DNA from: an uncultured Erythrobacteraceae bacterium
GTDB lineage: Bacteria; Pseudomonadota; Alphaproteobacteria; Sphingomonadales; Sphingomonadaceae
Direction of reading: 5' to 3'
Length of the DNA stretch: 64,000 nucleotides
NCBI GenBank assembly: GCA_966251025.1
Contig: CBINJM010000004.1
Coordinates: 91,907-155,906 of the forward strand
The notes beneath the pieces are model-generated. The model saw nothing but the letters and a program-made list of their open reading frames with translations, had not been told where the DNA came from and did no database searches. The position numbers and the translations under genes were made by a program. The stretch's first letter is position 1, and the number at the start of each line of letters is the position of its first letter. This document shows, piece after piece, positions 37,054 through 46,824 of the stretch.

Positions 37054-37967
37054 GGGTTCTCACTGTTGCAATCACGGCCGCGCTGACGGGCGCTTGTGTT
37101 CCGGCAAGTGTCGAGCCGGAGAATGTCACGGTCGTCCAGCGGCTGCCTGCTCCCACCCTGGCCCATCCAGCGCCTGCTCCTCCACCCGCAGCTGAGCCGG
37201 CTGGCCCCACGACCTTCGTTTTCGCGGGCGAACTCACCCAAGGGGGGTGGATCCGCGGCCAGGCCCCCGCCGGTACCACCGCCGCGCGGCTGGATGAGCG
37301 GCCCCTCACGCTAGATTCGCAGGGCCGCTTCTTCGCCGCCTTCGACAGGGATGCCGGCCCGACCGCCACTTTGAGCGCCGCCCTGCGGGGCGGTCGCACG
37401 ATAGAGAGCCCGGTGGCGGTCTCTCCACGCGCTTGGAACGTCGAGCATGTCAACGTTGCGCGGCGGGCCGGAGGAGCCACGGATGCCTTTATGCGCATCC
37501 GGCAGCCGGAACTCGAGCGTATCGCTGTTGCACGCGCGCTTGATTCGGGGAGTGAGGGCTGGCGGCAGGATTTCATCTGGCCGGCAAGCGGCCGCATCTC
37601 CGGCCGCTTCGGCTCGCAGCGGATCTATCGGGGAGAGCCGGGCAGCTATCATTCCGGCCTCGATATTGCGACGGGAGGCAGCGGCGCGCCCTTCGCTGCG
37701 CCGGCAGACGGTGTGGTGGTGCTGGCGGCGGAGCAGCCCTTCTCTCTCGAAGGCAACCTCATCATCATCGACCACGGAATGGGGCTCAACAGCGCCTTCC
37801 TTCATGCCTCCGAGATTGTGGTGCGCGAAGGCCAGAAGGTAAGCCAAGGGCAGATGATCGGCCGCATCGGGGCCACCGGCCGGGCGACGGGGCCGCATCT
37901 GCATTGGAGCCTCATGTGGCGTGGCGCGCGGCTGGACCCGCTCCTGTTTACCGGCCCCATGAGCTGA
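37050..37967 (+). CDS. M23-family metallopeptidase (lipoprotein)
   Basis: The GTG at 37050 forms a GTGA overlap with the DUF2093 stop. The lipobox is LTGAC. The LytM motifs are ...YHSGLDIA... and ...GATGRATGPHLHWS... Confidence 0.85.
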   Translation: MRVLTVAITAALTGACVPASVEPENVTVVQRLPAPTLAHPAPAPPPAAEPAGPTTFVFAGELTQGGWIRGQAPAGTTAARLDERPLTLDSQGRFFAAFDRDAGPTATLSAALRGGRTIESPVAVSPRAWNVEHVNVARRAGGATDAFMRIRQPELERIAVARALDSGSEGWRQDFIWPASGRISGRFGSQRIYRGEPGSYHSGLDIATGGSGAPFAAPADGVVVLAAEQPFSLEGNLIIIDHGMGLNSAFLHASEIVVREGQKVSQGQMIGRIGATGRATGPHLHWSLMWRGARLDPLLFTGPMS

Positions 37968-37984
37968 GTGGAAAGACCTTGACG

Positions 37985-39010
37985 ATGCGGGAGCGGCGAG
38001 GCCGGATCGGCAGGCTGCTCGCGCTTGCCCTTCTCTGCCTGCTGCTGGCGCCCGGCACGTGGTGGCGTGAAGACATTCCGGAGCTGAACCTTCAGAATGT
38101 CCTCTCGCACCGCCAGCTCATCATCCCTCAACCCCAGGGTTGGCCCCGTTCGCTGCGCGTTGTCGGCGTATGGGAGCTGAAGAGCCCTAACACCTATTTC
38201 GGCGGTTATTCGGCCCTGCTGGCGCTGCCCGGAAAGCGACTGGTGGCTTATAGCGACCGGGGCGGCGTGCTCACTTTTACGCCGCCTGGGGAAGGCCCCG
38301 CCCGGCCCGAGTTTCACGCGATCCCGGCACGGGCCTATGTCGCGTACAACCAGGATTTCGAATCAGCCACCCGTGATTCGGTAAGCGGGGTCCGCTGGAT
38401 CGGTATCGAAGGCGCCAACGCGATCGCCAGGTTCCTGCCCAATGGAGAGCCGGAGATAGCGCACCAGCTGCCGCAGATGCAGGATTGGCCGAGGAATAGC
38501 GGGGCCGAAGCCATGCTGAGGCTGCCGGACGGCCGGTTCATCATCCTTGGCGAAGGGGAGGTGCGCTTCTCTCGCGCATCGGGGCCAGGGCTGCTGTTTA
38601 CCGGCGATCCTGTCGAGGGGGCCGAGGCGCTGCACTTCCGCTTTGTCCCGCCAACGAGATACCGACCCACCGACATGGCGATGCTGCCCGACGGGCGCGT
38701 GCTGATCCTGTTGCGAGGGCTCGACCTTGCGGTGCCCCCGTTCCGGGCCCGGATCGTGGTCGCAGATCCGGACGAGATTCGGGCGGGTGAGGAATGGCCG
38801 TGGGCCTCCTTTGCCGATCTCAGCCCTCCGCTGCCGCGCGATAATTACGAGGGGATGGCGATCGTCGCATCGCCCGGCGGTGGGGCCGATATCTGGATCA
38901 TCTCCGACGACAATGTTGTCAGCCTTCAGCGCACTTTGCTGATCAGGCTGCATTTTTCCGGAGAGGCAGGCATGCAAAAGGGCGCGGCGGGAAGCCCCGG
39001 CGCGCCCTGA
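37985..39010 (+). CDS. esterase-like activity of phytase family protein (Phytase-like domain)
   Basis: MRERRGRIGRLLALALLCLLLAP is a signal or anchor. ...FGGYSALLALPGKRLVAYSDRG... and ...NYEGMAI... resemble the phytase-like domain (PF13449) as I recall it. Confidence 0.55.
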   Translation: MRERRGRIGRLLALALLCLLLAPGTWWREDIPELNLQNVLSHRQLIIPQPQGWPRSLRVVGVWELKSPNTYFGGYSALLALPGKRLVAYSDRGGVLTFTPPGEGPARPEFHAIPARAYVAYNQDFESATRDSVSGVRWIGIEGANAIARFLPNGEPEIAHQLPQMQDWPRNSGAEAMLRLPDGRFIILGEGEVRFSRASGPGLLFTGDPVEGAEALHFRFVPPTRYRPTDMAMLPDGRVLILLRGLDLAVPPFRARIVVADPDEIRAGEEWPWASFADLSPPLPRDNYEGMAIVASPGGGADIWIISDDNVVSLQRTLLIRLHFSGEAGMQKGAAGSPGAP

Positions 39011-39045
39011 TGATCCGTTCGGGGGCGGTGGTCCGCCCGCGGCGG

Positions 39046-39336
39046 TCAGGCGGCGGTGGAAGCCACCTTCTTCAGCTCGCGCTTCACCTTGCGGGCCTGC
39101 GTGCTGAGCTTGGCGTCCGGCGTCTTGAGCAGCCAGTTGTCCAGCCCGCCATTATGCTCGACCGAGCGCAGGCCGTGGGTCGACACGCGGAACTTGAAGC
39201 TGCGGTCCAGCCCCTCGGACAGAAGCGTGACGTTCTGCAGGTTGGGCAGGAACACGCGCTTGGTCTTGTTGTTCGCGTGGCTCACATTGTGGCCAATCTG
39301 GCGGCCCTTGCCGGTCAGTTCGCAGATGCGCGACAT
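39046..39336 (-). CDS. rpmB: 50S ribosomal protein L28
   Basis: [34 protein letters not shown]... with an ATG verified at 39336. Confidence 0.95.
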   Translation of the reverse strand: MSRICELTGKGRQIGHNVSHANNKTKRVFLPNLQNVTLLSEGLDRSFKFRVSTHGLRSVEHNGGLDNWLLKTPDAKLSTQARKVKRELKKVASTAA

Positions 39337-39456
39337 GGTTGTCTCTCGAAAATGATTGTGCCGATTATCGGGAAGCGGCGCGCATAGCGGTGACACGCCG
39401 TTCCGTCAAGCGAACCGCGATTGCTACCGCGGCGCAGCGTCGCTAGCGCCGCGTGG

Positions 39457-39912
39457 ATGACGCACTGGCCGCTTCCCCCGCCGATGGCAAGGGCGCTCGA
39501 GCTTGCAGAGCAGGCGGCACAGGCTGGCGAGGTGCCGGTGGGCGCGGTGGTCGTGCAGGGCGGAAGGATCATCGCCGAGGCGCATAACGCCCCACGCGAG
39601 CTGACGGACCCTACCGCTCATGCCGAAGTGCTTGCGCTGCGGCGGGCCGCGGCGGCGCTGGGCAGCGAGCGGCTGGAGGGCTGCGAATTATGGGTGACGC
39701 TGGAGCCCTGCGCGATGTGTGCGGGCGCCATCGTTCATGCGCGAATCGCCCGGCTCTACTACGCGGCACCGGACCCGAAGGGCGGCGCGGTGGAGCATGG
39801 GGCGCGGGTGTTCGACCAGCCGCAATGTCTGCATCGGCCGGACGTCTATGCCGGAATGGGCGAGGGCCGGGCGGCGGCGCTGCTGCGCACATTCTTTGTT
39901 GAGCGGCGGTAG
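39457..39912 (+). CDS. tadA: tRNA adenosine(34) deaminase
   Basis: The CDA motifs HAEVLALR and TLEPCAMCAGAI are present. I chose the ATG at 39457, though the ORF is open from 39421. Confidence 0.85.
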   Translation: MTHWPLPPPMARALELAEQAAQAGEVPVGAVVVQGGRIIAEAHNAPRELTDPTAHAEVLALRRAAAALGSERLEGCELWVTLEPCAMCAGAIVHARIARLYYAAPDPKGGAVEHGARVFDQPQCLHRPDVYAGMGEGRAAALLRTFFVERR

Positions 39913-39919
39913 CTTGGCC

Positions 39920-40333
39920 TCAACCATGTTCTCCTGGTTGGGCAGGCTTTCGAAACCAACCTGCGGCAGACGGTGACAGGAGTACCAATGCTGCGGCAAC
40001 CGCCATGGTCAGCGATGCAACCCATTCCACGGACGGTGCATACGGGATGGTGAACAGCCGGACCGCCACGAAGAGCATTACCAGGACACGCGCCACCCGG
40101 CTGCCAAGGAACCAGATCAAGGCGACGGGGATGACGGCGATCGTCAGCCTCGCGCAAGTGACGACAATCGCAAGATCCCGATCAATCGCCAATCGTGGGA
40201 TGAACGAGGCGAGCGTGGCCTCTGTTTCGGCGAGGTGGGCCATCTGGTGCCAGAATGACACGGCCGCCTGAAGCAGGAACAACGCGGTGAAGGCCTTGAT
40301 CGCCCGAGGTCTGCGCCCCTGCCGCCGTGTCAT
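39920..40333 (-). CDS. hypothetical membrane protein
   Basis: 137-aa ORF with four hydrophobic helices. I recognise no family. Confidence 0.45.
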   Translation of the reverse strand: MTRRQGRRPRAIKAFTALFLLQAAVSFWHQMAHLAETEATLASFIPRLAIDRDLAIVVTCARLTIAVIPVALIWFLGSRVARVLVMLFVAVRLFTIPYAPSVEWVASLTMAVAAALVLLSPSAAGWFRKPAQPGEHG

Positions 40334-40343
40334 GGGCGGTCAA

Positions 40344-41222
40344 TCATAGCGGCGTGAAGTCGAGCCCGATGTCCGCTGCGGGAGCACTCTGCGTCAGGCG
40401 ACCGACCGACACGTAATACACCCCGCTCGCCGCGATGGCACCAATGGTCTCCAGCGTGACACCGCCAGACGCTTCGGTCGGCACACGACCGGCGACCAGG
40501 GTGACGGCTTCGCGCAGCGTAGGTGGGTCCATGTTGTCGAGCAGCAGATGGTCTGCGCCCGCTTCCAGCGCCGGCTCGATCTGGTCGAGGCGGTCCACCT
40601 CGCAAATGATTCGCTCGACCCCGGCCGATCGTGCGCGTCGCACCGCTTCCCGCACGTCTCCGGCAACGAGGATGTGGTTGTCCTTGATCATCGCCGCGTC
40701 CCACAGCCCCATCCGGTGGTTCTGCGCGCCGCCCATCCGGGTCGCGTATTTTTCGAGGTGACGCAGGCCTGGGATGGTCTTGCGGGTGTCCAGCAAGGTG
40801 CAGCTGGTGGGGCCCATCGCGTCGACGTAGCGCCGCGTCAGCGTGGCGATGCCGGAGAGGTGCTGCACCGTGTTGAGAGCGCTGCGTTCCGCCGTCAGCA
40901 TCGCCCTTGCAAGACCGTGCAAGCGCATCAAAACGGTGCCGGACTGCGCTTGCTCGCCGTCCGCAACGAGTGTCTCGATCTCCATTTCAGGATCAAGCGC
41001 GCGGAAAAAGGCGGCGGCGATCGGCAGGCCGGCGACGATGATGGGATCGCGGCTGCGCATCTCTCCGGCAAATTGGGCGTCAGCGGGGATCACGCTCTCC
41101 GCGGTAACATCGCGCCCACCGCCCGGCAGGCCTTCCCCCAAGTCCTCTGCAAGCGTTGAGTGAACAAACCGTTGCGGGTCGAAACCATCCAGATGCCAGT
41201 TCACTTCGCTCTTCCCGTTCAA
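40344..41222 (-). CDS. nadC: nicotinate-nucleotide diphosphorylase (carboxylating)
   Basis: 292-aa ORF (...TAERSALNTVQHLSGIATLT...LLDTRKTIPGLR...KYATRMGGAQNHRMGL...IKDNHI...). Confidence 0.9.
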   Translation of the reverse strand: MNGKSEVNWHLDGFDPQRFVHSTLAEDLGEGLPGGGRDVTAESVIPADAQFAGEMRSRDPIIVAGLPIAAAFFRALDPEMEIETLVADGEQAQSGTVLMRLHGLARAMLTAERSALNTVQHLSGIATLTRRYVDAMGPTSCTLLDTRKTIPGLRHLEKYATRMGGAQNHRMGLWDAAMIKDNHILVAGDVREAVRRARSAGVERIICEVDRLDQIEPALEAGADHLLLDNMDPPTLREAVTLVAGRVPTEASGGVTLETIGAIAASGVYYVSVGRLTQSAPAADIGLDFTPL

Positions 41223-41227
41223 CCGCT

Positions 41228-41420
41228 GTTGAACCTCGCGCTAGAAGAAAGAGCGGTCCTTCGACAAGCTCAGGACGAGCGGAGGCGGCATACCAATGCC
41301 GTTCCGAGAGGCGCGTCCGGTGCGCGACCAGCGCGCCGCAAGGCCGAATGGCCGCCCACAGCCTCCCCGCAGCGGAGTGGAGGGAACAGCGGCGAGGAGT
41401 GCGCCCGGATGGGCGCACCG
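41228..41420. repeat. REP-like intergenic repeat element ('LSLSKD / DKLRTSG' type)
   Basis: The core GTCCTTCGACAAGCTCAGGAC (41257-41277) has GTCCT/AGGAC arms. Translations of the two strands give ...VLSLSKDRSFF and ...RQAQDER..., artefact peptides I recognise from a widely dispersed proteobacterial repeat. GC-rich hairpins follow (GCGCGACCAGCGCGC). Confidence 0.5.
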
Positions 41421-41427
41421 CGATAAA

Positions 41428-42222
41428 TCAATGCACGAAGCGCGCGACCACATCCCTGTAAGACCGGCTGACCTTCACCTCGGCGCCGCTTTCCAGCACC
41501 AGGAAGCACTCGCCATTGGTGTGCGGCTTCACCTGACGCACCTGGTCGAGGTTGACGATGGTGGAGCGATGGACGCGCTGGAAGGCGCGCGGGTCCAGCC
41601 GCCGTTCGAGGTCCTTCATCGTCTCGCGCAGGATCAGCGAATTGTCGCCCGTGTAGATGCACATGTAGTCGCCCGCGGCCTCGATGTGCTCGATGGAGGC
41701 CACGTCGACGCGGAAGATCTGCCCGCGATCCTTCACGTTGATGATCTTCTCGTACCGGCCGGCGCCATCCTCTTCGGCAGGCAGGTTCTCGATCGCATCG
41801 GGCGCGACTTCGGCCAGCACGTCCTTCAGCTTCTCCGCTTCTTCGGATGAGCGCTTTTCGGCGAGGCGCTGACGGACGCGCTCGATCGTGTCGGCGAGCT
41901 GGTCTTCGTCCACCGGCTTCATCAGGTAGTGGACGGCGTTCGCCTCGAAGGCGCGGATCGCGTGTTCCTGATAGGCGGTGACGAAGACGAACAGCGGCGG
42001 CTCGATCTCCATCACGCCCTTCACGACGGAAAAGCCGTCGAACCCCGGCATCTGGATGTCGAGGAAGACGAGATCCGGCTTCTCCGTCTTGATCGCGCGG
42101 ATCGCCTCGCGGCCGTTGGCGCAGGTATCGATCACCTCGACGTCGGGGAAGGCGGCGAGGCGGAGCTGTAGGCCCTGAATGGCGAGCTTCTCGTCATCGA
42201 CGATAATCGTGCGAATGGTCAT
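41428..42222 (-). CDS. LytTR-family response regulator (second copy)
   Basis: 264-aa ORF with REC (IIVDDEKLAIQGL...DLVFLDIQMPGFDG) and a LytTR domain (...IEAAGDYMCIYT...FQRVHRSTIVNLDQV...). Confidence 0.85.
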   Translation of the reverse strand: MTIRTIIVDDEKLAIQGLQLRLAAFPDVEVIDTCANGREAIRAIKTEKPDLVFLDIQMPGFDGFSVVKGVMEIEPPLFVFVTAYQEHAIRAFEANAVHYLMKPVDEDQLADTIERVRQRLAEKRSSEEAEKLKDVLAEVAPDAIENLPAEEDGAGRYEKIINVKDRGQIFRVDVASIEHIEAAGDYMCIYTGDNSLILRETMKDLERRLDPRAFQRVHRSTIVNLDQVRQVKPHTNGECFLVLESGAEVKVSRSYRDVVARFVH

Positions 42223-43418
42223 GCCGTGTTTCCGATCGCCCGGTCTCCGGGCAGCAGGGGGTCAATGTTCTGGTGGCTTGAGGGTTTCGCGCCAAGTGCA
42301 GACGGATCGCGGTGCTCCTCTGTCGGCTCGAAGGGAATCTCGATGATCACCGTGAAGCCTCCCTCCGGCGGAGTTTGAATCTCGAAGCGGTGATCCTCTC
42401 CATAGGCCTGGGCGAGGCGGTTGCGGATATTGGCGAGTCCTACGCCGGTGGAGACGTGCCCGTCCGGCCCGTGGTCGAACCGCCGGTCGGTCGTGCGTGC
42501 CTGCAGCCCCGGCCCGGTGTCGGCCACGATCAGCCGCAGGCGGCTGCCGAGCACCTGCGCCGTCAGGCTGATGCGTGCGCCTTCTTCCTGCGGCGAGACG
42601 GCGTACTTGATCGCATTCTCCACCAGCGGCTGGAGCAGCAGCGAGGGGATCAGCGCGCCGGCGGCAGCGGGATCGATGCGGAAGACGGTGCGCAGGCGTT
42701 CTTCGAACCGCATCCGCTCGATATCGAGGTAAAGCTTCAACGTTTCCACCTCCTGCGCCACCGTCACCTTGCCGCCCGGCTGGCTGACGAGGGTGTGCCG
42801 CAGGAAGCTCGACAGGCGGGTGAGCATCGCGTTGGCGGGCTCTGTCTGCTTCAGCAGCACCAGCGTGCTGATGGAGTTCAGCGTGTTGAACAGGAAGTGC
42901 GGGTTCAGCTGATAGCGCAGCATCGCAAGCTGTGCGCTGGTCGCCTGCGCTTCCAGCCGCTCCAATCTGTCCGCCTGCTCCTCCACCTGGAGGAAGTAGT
43001 TGATGGCGTAATACAAGGCCGACCACGCGCCGAGCAGCGTCAGCGGCCAGATGAAGATGCCGACGAAGCGCTGAACGAAGCTGACATTGCTCTCCGGCCT
43101 GGTGAGGCCGATCACCCAGCTGTCCAGCAGGGCGAAGATGCTGACGGCAATCGCCAGCACCACCACGGTGCTGCCCCAAGTGACCAGCGGGCGGCGGTTG
43201 ATCAGGTAACGGTAGATCACCGCCAGGATCAGGCTGATGGAGAAGCCGGTCAGCGCCTCGATCAGCACCAGCACGAGGAACGTGTAGGGCTGGTCGTTCG
43301 CCAGCGCAGAAACGCCGCGCAGCATGATCGCTCCGCCCCAGCCCATGAACTGCAGCCGCCAGAACGCGCGGTTCTTGTCCGCGAAAAAGGGAGTCGGGCG
43401 GAAGCGCAGCATCGCCAT
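42219..43418 (-). CDS. sensor histidine kinase, LytS/His_kinase family (second copy)
   Basis: 399 aa from MAMLRFRPTPFF..., with an ATG verified at 43418. It has a multi-TM N-terminus, LRYQLNPHFLFNTLNSISTLV and LLQPLVENAIKYA...GVGLANIRNRL. There is a 4-nt overlap with the regulator. Confidence 0.8.
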   Translation of the reverse strand: MAMLRFRPTPFFADKNRAFWRLQFMGWGGAIMLRGVSALANDQPYTFLVLVLIEALTGFSISLILAVIYRYLINRRPLVTWGSTVVVLAIAVSIFALLDSWVIGLTRPESNVSFVQRFVGIFIWPLTLLGAWSALYYAINYFLQVEEQADRLERLEAQATSAQLAMLRYQLNPHFLFNTLNSISTLVLLKQTEPANAMLTRLSSFLRHTLVSQPGGKVTVAQEVETLKLYLDIERMRFEERLRTVFRIDPAAAGALIPSLLLQPLVENAIKYAVSPQEEGARISLTAQVLGSRLRLIVADTGPGLQARTTDRRFDHGPDGHVSTGVGLANIRNRLAQAYGEDHRFEIQTPPEGGFTVIIEIPFEPTEEHRDPSALGAKPSSHQNIDPLLPGDRAIGNTA

Positions 43419-43522
43419 GGAACCGCTTGTAGCCGATCCCGCGACGGAAGGGCGAATTCCCTTCCGCGTCCAGGGCGCCGTCCAGGTCCTGGACGAGGAG
43501 CTCGCTGCTTGGCGCAAGGCGA

Positions 43523-44218
43523 TCAGGAGTCCCTTGCCTGGGCGATCGCCTCTCCGATGGCCTCGCGGCCCACTGCCCCGTTCAATGTCTGGTTGCCGAC
43601 AATGAAGGCGGGCGTGCCGTTGATGCCCAACTGAGCGGCAAGCGCGGCATTGGCCTGCAGCTGCGGATCGAACATCCCCGTCCCGATCGCCTGCTGCGCC
43701 TTTGCAAGGTCAACCCCCGCCTCGCGCGCGGCGGCTTCAATCGTCTGGTCCGATGGTGGGCCGAGGCGGAACATCGCTTCATGGAAGGCGGCGTAACGGC
43801 CCTGTTGCGCGGCGGCGAGCGCCATTCGAGCGGCGTCCACGCTCTCAGGTCGAAGGATCGGATATTCGCGCACCACCACCTTGAGGTCGGGATTGGCGGC
43901 GATCAGCGCGTCGACATCGGGGATGCTCTGGCGGCAGAAGCTGCAGGCATAGTCGCTGAACTCGACCAGCGTGACGGAGCCTTCCGGATTGCCCATCACC
44001 GCGCCGGGGAAGGGCGTCTCCAGCTCTGCGCGCAAGGGGCCGATCCGCGCCTGCTGCTCCCGCTGGTGGAGAACTTCCATCGCCTCTGGCAGCACTTCGG
44101 GATTCGCGAGGAGATATTCGCGGGTGGGCTCGCCGGGCCGAAGCCCGCTCACATCCCACAGGGCTGCTCCGGCGAATCCGGCGACAAGGGCGAGTAGAAG
44201 GGTCGGCAGCCAACGCAT
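43523..44218 (-). CDS. DsbA-family thiol:disulfide oxidoreductase
   Basis: 231-aa ORF with a signal anchor. The thioredoxin active site is FSDYACSFCRQ (CxxC). Confidence 0.8.
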   Translation of the reverse strand: MRWLPTLLLALVAGFAGAALWDVSGLRPGEPTREYLLANPEVLPEAMEVLHQREQQARIGPLRAELETPFPGAVMGNPEGSVTLVEFSDYACSFCRQSIPDVDALIAANPDLKVVVREYPILRPESVDAARMALAAAQQGRYAAFHEAMFRLGPPSDQTIEAAAREAGVDLAKAQQAIGTGMFDPQLQANAALAAQLGINGTPAFIVGNQTLNGAVGREAIGEAIAQARDS

Positions 44219-44227
44219 GAGCGAGGC

Positions 44228-45595
44228 CTACCTGCGGTCCTCTTTACGCTCAAGCTCGGCGCGCGCCTGCATCGAGACATCTTGCGCCCGCAGCCAGTCC
44301 GGCGAGCCGGTGGGAAGCGTCCGTTCGGCCGCCTGCGCGTTCTGCAGCGCCTCCCGAGGGCGGCCGCTCATGATCTGCTGCTCCGCACTGGCGAGCTGGG
44401 CACGGGGAATGTCGCCCTTCGAGCCATAGACCACGCCGAGCTGATACCAGGCGAAGGGGTTCTCCCGGTCCTTGGCGACAGCCGCGCGCAGCACCCGCTC
44501 CGCCTCATCGAAATTGCCGGCGTCCTCGGTCGCGATCAGCGCGTGGCCGAATGTGGCGGCGATCAGCGGCTCATTGCCGGTCAGCTGGGTCGCCCGGCGC
44601 AGCGCCTCGAGAGCTTCTCTCGGGCGGCCCGATTCGAGCAGCACCTGACCCTTGAGCTCCAGAAAATACGGATCATCCGGCGCGGTGGCGAGCAGCGCCT
44701 CCATCTCCGCCAGCGCATCATCGATGCGCGCGTCCTTGTGGTAGGCGTAGGCGCGGGCATACCGGGCCGGCACCCCGGTCATGTATTCGGGATAGGAGTT
44801 CAGCGTGTCCGCTGGCCTCGCGAGATAGCCATAGAGCTTGGCCTTGATCCGCTCGAACCGGCGCTGCTGGTCCGCGTCAGGCGGCACGTCCCACGCCGGG
44901 TCCTTCTCGTAATCACCCTGCAGCCGCGAGATACGGTCGCCCGACAGCGGGTGGCTGCGCGCATAGGTCTGCTCGTCATCCTGGCTGTAGCCGTAGCGGA
45001 ATTCATAGTTCTGCAGCTTCTTGAAGAAGGCGATCGAGCCCTTCCCGGTGATGCCAGCGGCGGAGAGGTACTGGGCCCCGGCGGCATCGGCGCTGGCTTC
45101 CTGCGTGCGGGTGAAGGCGAGGAATGAGCCCATCGCCGCCTGCTGCCCCAGCGCCATCGCACCCATCGCCGCATCGCCTGCGCCCGCCAGCGCCGCTGCG
45201 ATGCCGACCACCATCGAAAGAATGGTGATGTTGGTTGCCTTTCCCATCCCTTCATAGATGCGGATCACGTGCCCACCGGTAATGTGGCCGAGTTCGTGCG
45301 CCAGCACGCCCTGCACTTCATTGGCCGTGTCGGCGGCGTTGATCAGGCCGGAATGGACGTAGATCCGTTGCCCACCCGCAACGAAGGCGTTGATGGACGA
45401 ATCATTGACCAGCACGACATCAACCGCGCCCGCCTGAAGGCCTGCCGCCTCGGCCAGCGGATCAACGAGCTCCTGCAGCAAGGCCTCTGTCTCCGCATCG
45501 CGCAGGATCGACTGCGCCGCAGCCGGCGTGGCGCCGAGCGTCAGCAGCGCGGTGAAGGCGAGCACATGGGCGAGCAGGCGAGGCAGGAGGCGCAT
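44228..45595 (-). CDS. M48-family metalloprotease with TPR domain (BepA/YfgC-like)
   Basis: 455 aa from MRLLPRLLAHVLAF..., with an ATG verified at 45595. The zinc motif is GVLAHELGHITGGH, and the C-terminus has TPR repeats. Confidence 0.85.
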   Translation of the reverse strand: MRLLPRLLAHVLAFTALLTLGATPAAAQSILRDAETEALLQELVDPLAEAAGLQAGAVDVVLVNDSSINAFVAGGQRIYVHSGLINAADTANEVQGVLAHELGHITGGHVIRIYEGMGKATNITILSMVVGIAAALAGAGDAAMGAMALGQQAAMGSFLAFTRTQEASADAAGAQYLSAAGITGKGSIAFFKKLQNYEFRYGYSQDDEQTYARSHPLSGDRISRLQGDYEKDPAWDVPPDADQQRRFERIKAKLYGYLARPADTLNSYPEYMTGVPARYARAYAYHKDARIDDALAEMEALLATAPDDPYFLELKGQVLLESGRPREALEALRRATQLTGNEPLIAATFGHALIATEDAGNFDEAERVLRAAVAKDRENPFAWYQLGVVYGSKGDIPRAQLASAEQQIMSGRPREALQNAQAAERTLPTGSPDWLRAQDVSMQARAELERKEDRR

Positions 45596-45606
45596 CCGTT
45601 CAATGC

Positions 45607-46770
45607 TTACCCGATCGGGCGCTGAACAGGAACTGAAGCCGGGCCTGCAGGCGCTCTTGACCCAACCTCTGCCGCAGTGGGGACCTTCTCGACCGCGCGC
45701 ACGATCTGCTCCGTCTCGCCACCTGGAGTGAAGCCGATGGCGCGTAGGAAGTCCTGGCCGCTCTCCCAGCTGTCGCCCAGCCATAGCGGCACTCCCGAAG
45801 CCTCGATCGTGGCGCGGGCGGCCAGCTCCTCGGGTGAGAAGGGCTGGCCTGCCGTGGTGCGGATGAAGACGGCGGCGACGCGGTCCGGATAATGTTCCAC
45901 CGCGCTCGCATAGGCAGGCAGGTCACCTTGGGTGTCGTCGCCAATCAGGGCGAAGCGCAGGTCCGGATACATGGCGAGGATCGCGTCGATCTGGTGCCGT
46001 TTGTGCGCACCATGGCCGCTGGAGCCCAAGGTGGCCCGGTCAAAGCCCCAGTTGCGCAGCAATAGCGGGCCGAGCGGCAGGCCCTTCACGCGCTTGAAGG
46101 CGACAAGATAGGAGAACAGGTTCCACGGGCTGGACGAAACGTAGAAGAACGGTCGGTGCGTGGCCCGGGCCCGCTTGCCTGCGCGTACCTCGCGCGGCGG
46201 CAGCACCTCGCCGCCGCCGAGCGCGCCGTAGAAGGTGTCCGCTCCCGGAACGGCAATCCTCTGATCAGGAAGCTCCGCCAGGATGCGGCGCCAATTGCGT
46301 ACGATGGAGCGGACGCCGCCGGTGATGCCCGTCTCGATGATCGTATCGTCGATGTCGGAGATGACCGCGAGCCGCCCTTCGGTGCCGGGGACCAGCACAT
46401 GCGCCTCAACGCATTGCTCGCCGTCGCGATTGCGCCAGCGCAGAGTAACCGCCTCCCAGACGGGGTGTACCGGCAGATCGAGCTCCGGCTCCAGCAGAAG
46501 GTCGAAATGGACGAAGCCATCGCCGTCGCTCACCGCCTGCTTGCGCAGCAATGTGCGGTCCGGCCCCTCGAGCTCCAGCACCACCTCCACCCCCGGCGCT
46601 TCACGAGAGGCGAACTGCGAGAGCATCGTGCGAATGGCGCGGACGCGGCCGGCGCTGTCGAAGCCGGGCTTCGTGGAGCGCAGCGCGCGGGCAGACAGGA
46701 CCAGCCGGCTGCGGCTGCGATAGCCGAAGAACGGCTGGATGCGGACCGGTGGCGTGCGGAACAGATCCAT
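45607..46770 (-). CDS. App1-family (DUF2183) putative phosphatidate phosphatase
   Basis: 387-aa ORF with the DxDxT motif VISDIDDTIIETG and a later ...LIGDDTQGD... as in the App1/DUF2183 family. Confidence 0.6.
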   Translation of the reverse strand: MDLFRTPPVRIQPFFGYRSRSRLVLSARALRSTKPGFDSAGRVRAIRTMLSQFASREAPGVEVVLELEGPDRTLLRKQAVSDGDGFVHFDLLLEPELDLPVHPVWEAVTLRWRNRDGEQCVEAHVLVPGTEGRLAVISDIDDTIIETGITGGVRSIVRNWRRILAELPDQRIAVPGADTFYGALGGGEVLPPREVRAGKRARATHRPFFYVSSSPWNLFSYLVAFKRVKGLPLGPLLLRNWGFDRATLGSSGHGAHKRHQIDAILAMYPDLRFALIGDDTQGDLPAYASAVEHYPDRVAAVFIRTTAGQPFSPEELAARATIEASGVPLWLGDSWESGQDFLRAIGFTPGGETEQIVRAVEKVPTAAEVGSRAPAGPASVPVQRPIG

Positions 46771-46824
46771 CGGCCGATCGGCTACACAGTGCGCGAAGGG
46801 AAGGATAGTCCGAAGCCGGCCGGA

